DNA of 64,000 nt from Picochlorum sp. SENEW3 (taxonomy: Eukaryota): assembly GCA_034226945.1 (NCBI GenBank), contig CP120460.1, forward strand, positions 806,001 to 870,000, written 5' to 3'. The position numbers were made by a program, and so were the translations under genes. Positions 56,612 to 64,000 of this stretch are shown one piece after another. Every line of letters starts with the position of its first letter. Position 1 is the stretch's first letter. The notes under the pieces were generated by a model. The model saw nothing but the letters and a program-made list of their open reading frames with translations, searched no databases and was not told the DNA's origin.

Positions 56612-59600
56612 ATGGGTCGAGGAGAAGCGATGGGAGAACCAGGTGCCATAACCCTCGACAAACCCAACAAGAAGGCATTTGTGCTGTGGAAACCAACACT
56701 CTGGGACTACATATGTAAATTTATCTTATCAGAATCCTTTGCTGTACGTTCCAAACCCTGCGATGCGCTTTGCAAGTGGAGAGTATTGTAATTCTTTTAA
56801 CCGGTAGTAGTCATGTATCCTCCAAAAGATGCCTTCTTGGATATTTCAACCATCTAACCTATTTTTTACTGCAGTGGGCTGTTCAAAATGCTGTCGGAGT
56901 ATTGTTCACCGTGCTTTTCTCTGTTGTGTGGAGAATGACGTTTACGCTAGCGTGTGTGTCATCTGCCCTCTACGGAGCCGGTGCTCAAGTCTTGTCACTT
57001 GATCGCACCGTGGGTGGTAGATTGTTCGGAGGGACCATATTTGTTGGATGTATGCTCTCGGGCGGAGTAACGGGTGGAGCAATATCTTCGCTTGCTTGGG
57101 TTGCACATGGTTCCAGCAAGGGGCTTTATCATTACTTTGAAGAAGGATTGGAGAGCCCCCTGCTACAAAACCTGACGATCGTGCAAGACTTTGAGGAGGA
57201 GCAATTGAGAACCATTTTGGGTCAGGGAATATCATTTGTTGAGAGCACAACCACCCAGACTGTTGCGAGAGAGCTGCCAGAGTTCTTGGACAACTTCAAT
57301 GAGGACATTTTCAATGCTTTGGGCTCCTTGTTTCCACGAATCAATAATGCGTATTGGGCATTGTTGATTGTATTCTTTGCTATAGTGTCATTGCCATTTG
57401 CTGTCGCAAGGGCACATCAGAACCTCAAAGTAGGCATTCTCATGGCTATTGCCACATTGTTCATGGGCTCTCAGGTCGTTTTTGCGACCTTGACTCCTAT
57501 TCTTGGGATTCGTCAATATTGGACACAAATCGTGTCAGGATACATCAAGGTTGCTCTCGTGAATTGCGGTGCCATGTGCTGTACAGCCTTGTTATTTTTT
57601 GTCAAGTCCAGCCATGATTCAGTGAGGATACAGATGAGCCAAGTTTTGAAAGATACGGGCAGCTTGCTCTCCAGGATAGCTAGCAACGTCAATAAGCAAG
57701 AACTGGATCACAAAGGGGGTAAGCAATTTGTCACAGAGGATCAAAATCAGACTGTATATGAAGTTGTGATGGGTGAAGTCAAAGCTTTGGCAGAAGACTC
57801 TGTCTTGGATGAAGAAGGAAAGCAGAAAGATACGAACAAATTTGATGAAGAAGAAAATGTCTTTTTTGTACCCATGCCTTCCGTACATTCTGGATTTGAA
57901 ATACGGGGAAACTGCCAATCTATTGAAGATTCTTTGGCCATTTGTTTATTTGAGACCCCTCTTCCTGAGATCACTTCTCATGTTGGGGCAAGGCGTTCAG
58001 ACTTTGTAGATATCCTGGAAAGCCTTAGAACAATGCTTAGCACTGTTTGCTGCATGGAGAGAATTCATATGAAGGCATCTCAAGAGCTTGTGAGTGGAGG
58101 AGATTTAGCTCCTTTGACCACTGTTCTGGCAGAGCTTGCAGCTATCGTCTTGAATATGTCGCATGTTCTTTCCGATATGGATTTATGGAAGCCGTGCAAA
58201 GGAGAAAAAGTATCTTGGAAGCCTCAGGGGAAAGAATTTTGGAATACCATGCAGCAAAAGTTGGTCAAGTTTTCAGACCAGACGATCGATACAATCAATC
58301 TTAAAGTGTCCAGTAAGTCAGCTTCCTCGCAGAACGATGCGATGCTTCTTGTACTGAACTGCTATTCTCTGATACAAGATATCAAGGGATGTGAATTTCA
58401 AGTATGCAAAGCTCTGGATATTTCTGTGGATGCAATAGATGAATCAGAGAATGAGCCCGAGGCAGAAAGCCGTGGCTTGAAAGAGAAGATATTCAGTAAT
58501 GCATATCTCCCAAGTATTATTATTCATGGTCTGCTGCTATCTGGGGCAGCAGTGTACGGCCTGGTGATTATGTCTTGTATCAAGCTCATCAAAGGCAGCA
58601 AGCTAGTACTCTCATCAGGCAAAGATAGATTAGAACTTTTGCGTGACAGGCATGTTCAATTTGCATTCAAGTATTGGCTAGGCTTATCTCTGACAATCAT
58701 GTCAATTGTGCTGATTTTGTGGAAGGAGAAGTTCTCGTCAGAGAATCAGCTGCAGAATGCATATGACCTCACATATTTCTTCTTTGTGTGGCAGCCTATA
58801 TATTTTTGGATAACAGCAGCAATCTGTATTCAATTTCAAGTTGAAGCCGCAGCATTTCGAGCAGTCTTGAGGACCACAATGACCGCGATAGGAGGAACAC
58901 TAGGGTGGTTTACTATGATGAATGGGCGTCTGGCCAATAATGCAGTCTTCATTGGAGGTATCACTGCACTTTTTAATGGATTCTGTGCTCTGGCTTCTCC
59001 GATTAAAGAGTTTCGATATAGCTTGTTTTTGGCCACATTCACATTTAATGCCGTCGTAGTCTGCCAATACTTTGGATGCTGCGATGTTGCTGGGGAGACA
59101 AACATCTACGGTGGGAAAGTTTTGTCAACCCTTTTGGGGTCTGTGTACTCTATTTTGGTCAGTTGGTGCATCTTACCATATTACACATCGACCAGAATGC
59201 TAGATATTGAGCACGACGTATTGAAAGATGGCTTGTCTTTGCTGAAGCAGCTGCACGAGCAAAATGAACAGGAGGTTCTACAAGCCAAAGATGAAGTCAC
59301 TCCTCAATGCAAATCACAGCTGTCTTTAAAGGCTGTGACTGACGCTGTCGATGTACCTATTACCGCAGTTCACAAAGAGCTTGAATTGAACATTGTGGAT
59401 AAGCGGCAGTTTCTGTTGCTGACTTGGACATTGCTGCCCACACCAAAAATTGTACCTTTGCTCAAAGGGCGGTTGGAAGCAATGGGAGTGTTTTTGCGGG
59501 AAGCTGTCAAATTAAACTCCACACCTCTATGGTCTTCTGAGAGGAATAGAAATAAAGTGAATAGTTTACTGACTGAAATAAAAGAAGATGTAGAAAGAGC

Positions 59601-59943
59601 GCTAGAAGCCTCAGAAGTTGTTGTTGCAGAGTGCAAAGTGACCATGGATGCCACATCTCGCGGAACCTTGAACAAGGCAAGGGTCAACTTGGCTTCGAAG
59701 GTGGGCGCTTTGGGAAAAGCAAGAGCGAAATTGCGAGAGTCGTTCATTAAATGGGACGAGAGGCACAGGCAGGATAAATGGAGTGATATTGAGCTCAAAT
59801 TGCTTGCAAGAAGCCAGCTCTTGATCTACACATTGCGGGAAATAAATGTCATCGGCTTGCTCTTATCTGAGACCGAGGCCACACTGGACAGAGATAGATG
59901 GTTAAGCTGGGCGGCTTCATGGTTTGGTAGAAGACCATTTTAG
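56612..59943 (+). CDS. Large polytopic membrane protein, FUSC/aromatic acid exporter (ALMT-related) type
   Basis: Two TM bundles separated by soluble helical regions; QFAFKYW...YFWITAAIC...RAVLRTTMTAIGGTLG...LLGSV..ILVSWCILP. First exon from ATG 56612. Confidence 0.7.
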
Positions 59944-60003
59944 ATCAATAAGTCTTTAAATGCATTTTGTCTTTGTCGAACTGCATTACGCATTTGTAAT
60001 CAT

Positions 60004-61902
60004 TCAATTTTTGTCAGCAGAATTCTTTTTCCGAGCCATTTCTTTTCTATATGAGACTTTTTCTTTCCATAGATCGACAGCATCAAGCACAGTCTGGGTC
60101 AAGTCCTCAGTGTCTGGATGATATGCCCTTAAATCTAGCCAGTCAATGACACTAAATCCTAACAATTCCTTGAGCCTCCTCACCAAGTCCCTATTCACTT
60201 TGGCTGGTGAAAGAAGTTCTGCCTGCTCTTCAGCTGTTAGCTGATTCCACTGTGGTATCTCTGTAAATGCCGTGGAGTGCGGCTCTGTTGCATTGGAACA
60301 ATCAACAGGTAGAATGGTCACATTGTAGGGAGGGCTTGGCAACGACCCAATGATCCCTTTATCGTGATTATGCTTCTTCTTCAGTGCAAAAACGTCCAAC
60401 ACTACTGCATCTAGAGGTAAGAAAGCAAAGTTGGCTGTTGCAGCGCCATGTGGAATCACCAAAACAGAGGCTTTTGCAAATGTTGATGCCTGATCATTTA
60501 ATCCACTTCCTCCTCTTGGAAAATGAAGAGTCAACTCGACATTTGGAGGGAGAACTCTTTGTAACCTATCGTAGACATCATCTAGACCTATAATAGACCT
60601 TCCATCTCCAAAAGGTCTGTTTATGAGAACAATAGAGGGATTTTCTTGTTCTGGAGGCACTGGAGGCAAGGAGGCGCATTTCCTCAAGAACTCAATTCTC
60701 TTCTGTCCTGTTTTTGTATCGCTCTGCTCGAAGGCAAATGATCTACACCACACCAAATTACTTTCATTTAATTTCATGTCATTATTGAAGAACATGCATG
60801 AACAACGCACCCGTCAATCTCCAATGCAACATTTGGTTGTATCACGCTCTTCCCAATCCCAAAGTATGTCTCTTCCATAATGACCATTTCATCCCCCACC
60901 CATTCACGAGGATCATGCATGCGTGGATGATCGACCCTACATAAAATTTAAGTCTTTTAAGAAGATGCCGTATGAGGAGAGATGTGTTCAAACAGCCGTC
61001 TTACCAAAACATTGGTCCCAGGCAACCTTTCAATTCATCAGATGCAGAACTATGCTGGCCAGTCCTAATGGCAATATGAGCATTTTTCCTCTCTCTTTGA
61101 GTTGGAGAATATGTAGCTGGCTGTAACAAGGCTACTTCATGCACTTTTGCCTGAGTGCAGGCACCAAGTTGAAGACACAGCCTATGGAAAGTGTTGCTTA
61201 TACTATTCATGGCCCAATACCAGTTTGTTAAACTCCGAACCCTTTGGAACATAGAATGTTCATAGTACGCCACGTTTATTTTCTTCTTTGTCGTAGTCGA
61301 CTCCACTCGCAATTTTAACGACTCTTGCGTGATTGGATGAACAATATTTGGAACTGCATAGTCGACTATTGACAGAGTTTCAGCCTCAAGATCAAACACT
61401 GTTGGATTGGGCAGCTTAACATTCTTGGCATCGTCTGGATAGTCGACTATATACAAAATTTCGCCTTGAAATAAGACGAGATTCTTAAAGAGGCACACTT
61501 GGTTCACTTCCTCATCATCTGTACACTGCATACAGGAACATGGGTCAGACATTTCCCATGCAGACTCGGTCGCACCCGATGAGACCGTACCTTGAAAGAA
61601 GACGTCTTGAATTCCAACTCATCCAAGGCTATCTTCTCGTATGCAGCTTTGGGTGGTTCATTGAAGGACGTGTGAGAAATATCCGACGTAGCAACCTCGT
61701 GTAACGAACGAACAGTGCCTTGCTCGAGTGACCCTGTGTATCTGACAGCTACGATCAGTCCAATGAAAATGCATACATATAAAGCAAGCTTCAGAATTAT
61801 ACCATGTCCTCGCATTGTAGAAGCCCCAGATCCAAAGGAAGGTCCCCCAACTCCAGGCACTGCGTTTATGACAATTGCTGTTGGCGCAGATCCCTTCTTC
61901 AT
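60004..61902 (-). CDS. Glycosyltransferase family 61 (DUF563) type II membrane protein
   Basis: N-terminal TM, CLFKNLVL, IVLINR...RSI and QASTFAKASVLVIPHGAATANFAFLP. Intron-split ORFs. Confidence 0.8.
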
Positions 61903-62313
61903 GCGACCGATGAAGACGAGGCCTTAAACTCACTGATCACAATACATAACATAAAAAGATTGATTTTGTGATATGCATTACCACAATGTCTTATCCAGGA
62001 GCAGACGCTCAAGACGTATGTACAACCTCCAGTAGAAAGTCTTATTTGTCCCACCCAAAATGCCTTTTGACCGGACACCTCAACAACACCGGCGACAGTG
62101 ATTCGTTGCATTCTGCGTCATACCAGTCTGCTCCTGCATGTGCATTCAGTAAATATTTTTTCTTTGATCTTTGTAGTACTATTGATTTAGGATACAGCAT
62201 GTACACTTGGATGCAAGGGAACTGTTTCTGTGGGTGCAGTTGGCAAGTGTTTGCCACGTATATGCGCTAGGAGTACCATATGATGACACATAGAGGCAAT
62301 TCTTAAAAAGGAG

Positions 62314-63173
62314 ATGGTGTATCTCAGAGCAGCTGCTGTGCTGGTCTCGCTAGGCTTGATAACGTTGCTTTTTTTTGGTTTCCAAGGGTTTGACAGTAGC
62401 AGATTTCCTCCCATTGCCGTAGAGAGGTTTATATACAAGCAACACTCCACGAAAATAATTGTATCCAAGAGCAGAATAGGGGTAGCAAAAAAACAAGAAA
62501 GAAAGGGCATGACTGGTGGAAGAAAGAAGAAGAAGGAGACTTGTGATGTCAAGCCTGCTCCTCGTGGAGTGTATGTCAAAGGACATGGGCCTTGCATCAC
62601 TCAATTTCCTCGTACGATATTCTCTATGTGCATCTATGATGTTGTATGAAAATTTTCTTACACAATCGTTTTCTTCGTATGTACAGATCAGCCCGCGTCT
62701 CTCGGTGGAATGGATGATTGCTGGAGACTGGCTTTTGCTGTTGCACAATGGGGCCAACCAAAGAACCCATCCAAGGCTGAATACGGTGATGACTGGGAGG
62801 CAACAGCCCGTGCATACCCTCACACAGCGAAACAAGCACAACAAGTAGCAGATGATTTCAATACCCGTACAGAGCTACCAGTTTCAACTGAATGGAGCCC
62901 TGACCATCCCTACGTTAGATTGTGTGTTCCGGTGCGTCCTGCATGTCTTTCACTGGAAATTTCTCTCATCTTATACAACGAATCAACTATGTTCTCATGC
63001 AGACAAAATGTGGACTATCCAAGAAGAGTGGGTGCGATCTGAAAAAGACGGATTTTCTCATGCATTTGAATCCAAACACTAAAGACATTGATAATACCAC
63101 TCACCTGTTCTACAAGGGATTTGTGAGAAATGGCCACCTCATGCTTCCCAATGCTGGACTAACAGGTCATTGA
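62314..63173 (+). CDS. Uncharacterised secreted protein, paralog A
   Basis: Hydrophobic N-terminus; intron-split ORFs giving YGDDWEATARAYP...PYVRLCVP...DFLMHLNP...LFYKGFVRNG. Confidence 0.7.
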
Positions 63174-63287
63174 ATGAAATATTAATATCAAGACGTGATT
63201 ACAAAAGAAGATTCAATAAAAATATGTATGCATTCAAATTCTTTAACTCTGATCAATGCTGGTGCAAATTATAGAAATTAGTCCCTC

Positions 63288-63967
63288 TTAATGCTGACTT
63301 CTTCCTGCGTATCCATTCCAGATCCTTCCATATCGAATGAATGCTTTATAGAATAAATCTGCAGAAATATCCGTTTCAGGACCTGTTGGATTCATCCGGA
63401 TGATAAAGTCGTCTGGCAACAGCCCAGCATTTGCAAGTCCATACTCTGACGGTACACAGATACGTGTATAGGGCTGGTATCTTGTCCAACGCCCCTTTTC
63501 CATTTTATACTTACTCCTAGCAAGTGATCTCTTGACTCGGAGGGCCCTCTTTGCGATAAGAGGGTAATCACGCTTCACAGCTTCCCAGTCACTTCCATAC
63601 AAGGCCAACTGGGGATTGTCCAACTGATCAGGCTGTGCATTCGCATACAGCATGATCCAATTATCTTCTGACCAATCACCTGGATCTGCATAGTACCATA
63701 ACAACAGTGTAAGAGCTCTCGTGAAAAGATGCTTGGATCTGACCATCTCAAAGTCATCCCTCGCTCGAATGACCTCGGTCGCGACCCGTAGCTGAGCCGC
63801 GTCAGGGGAAAGACACAGCCCTTCACACTACAACAATGGCAAGGCACCTATACATATTAAAATATCATACACGTACTTCCAAGATTCGTTCTACATTTCT
63901 TTCTATCCGCTAAAACTCCCACAGCAAATGCTGCGAGGAACAAGATTGTCGTCAAAATCTGTCGCAT
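63288..63967 (-). CDS. Uncharacterised secreted protein, paralog B (5' exon structure uncertain)
   Basis: Signal peptide MRQILTTILFLAAFAVGVLA from ATG 63967; YGSDWEAVKRDYP...PYTRICVP...DFIIRMNP...LFYKAFIRYG. Confidence 0.7.
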
Positions 63968-64000
63968 GGAGCCTCCTTAATCTATCACATGCACGACGAA

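Noticed and set aside
61968..62280. Short ORFs on both strands between GT61 and the secreted paralog
   Set aside because: No recognisable motif or consistent splice model, so a gene cannot be supported.

Overview
Gene-dense (about one gene per 1.6 kb) eukaryotic nuclear DNA with short GT-AG introns (mostly 60-130 nt), very short intergenic gaps and TGTAA-type polyadenylation signals. This fits a compact trebouxiophyte green alga, Picochlorum-like (inference). About 38 genes or gene fragments are recognisable, mostly housekeeping: MDH, bHLH IVc, LCB1, XPO1, purple acid phosphatase, TauD dioxygenase, KTI12, PSF3, RPC9, TWD40-1, Rab11, FAD synthase, glucosidase II beta, ASH2-like, SfsA, UMP-CMP kinase, proline iminopeptidase, TMA7, SET/MYND, OSB, amine oxidase, TRF4, farnesyltransferase beta, EXS, tomosyn, P4H, two aminotransferases, a FUSC-like membrane protein and GT61. 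Highlights: (1) candidate bicistronic loci, above all a hidden 4-exon TMA7 gene whose stop overlaps the next start codon (ATGA) and an RPC9-PSF3 pair 16 nt apart; (2) a single-pass membrane protein with an RCC1 propeller on one side and a CHUP1/IPGA1-like cytoskeletal domain on the other; (3) a roughly 4.2-kb island (9021-13178) bracketed by a direct duplication, carrying a hexokinase fragment, surface-protein genes, a broken paralog and runs of back-to-back palindromes; (4) an uncharacterised pair of secreted paralogs at the right end. All family assignments come from motif recognition by eye; no searches were run. No rRNA, tRNA or CRISPR arrays were seen.
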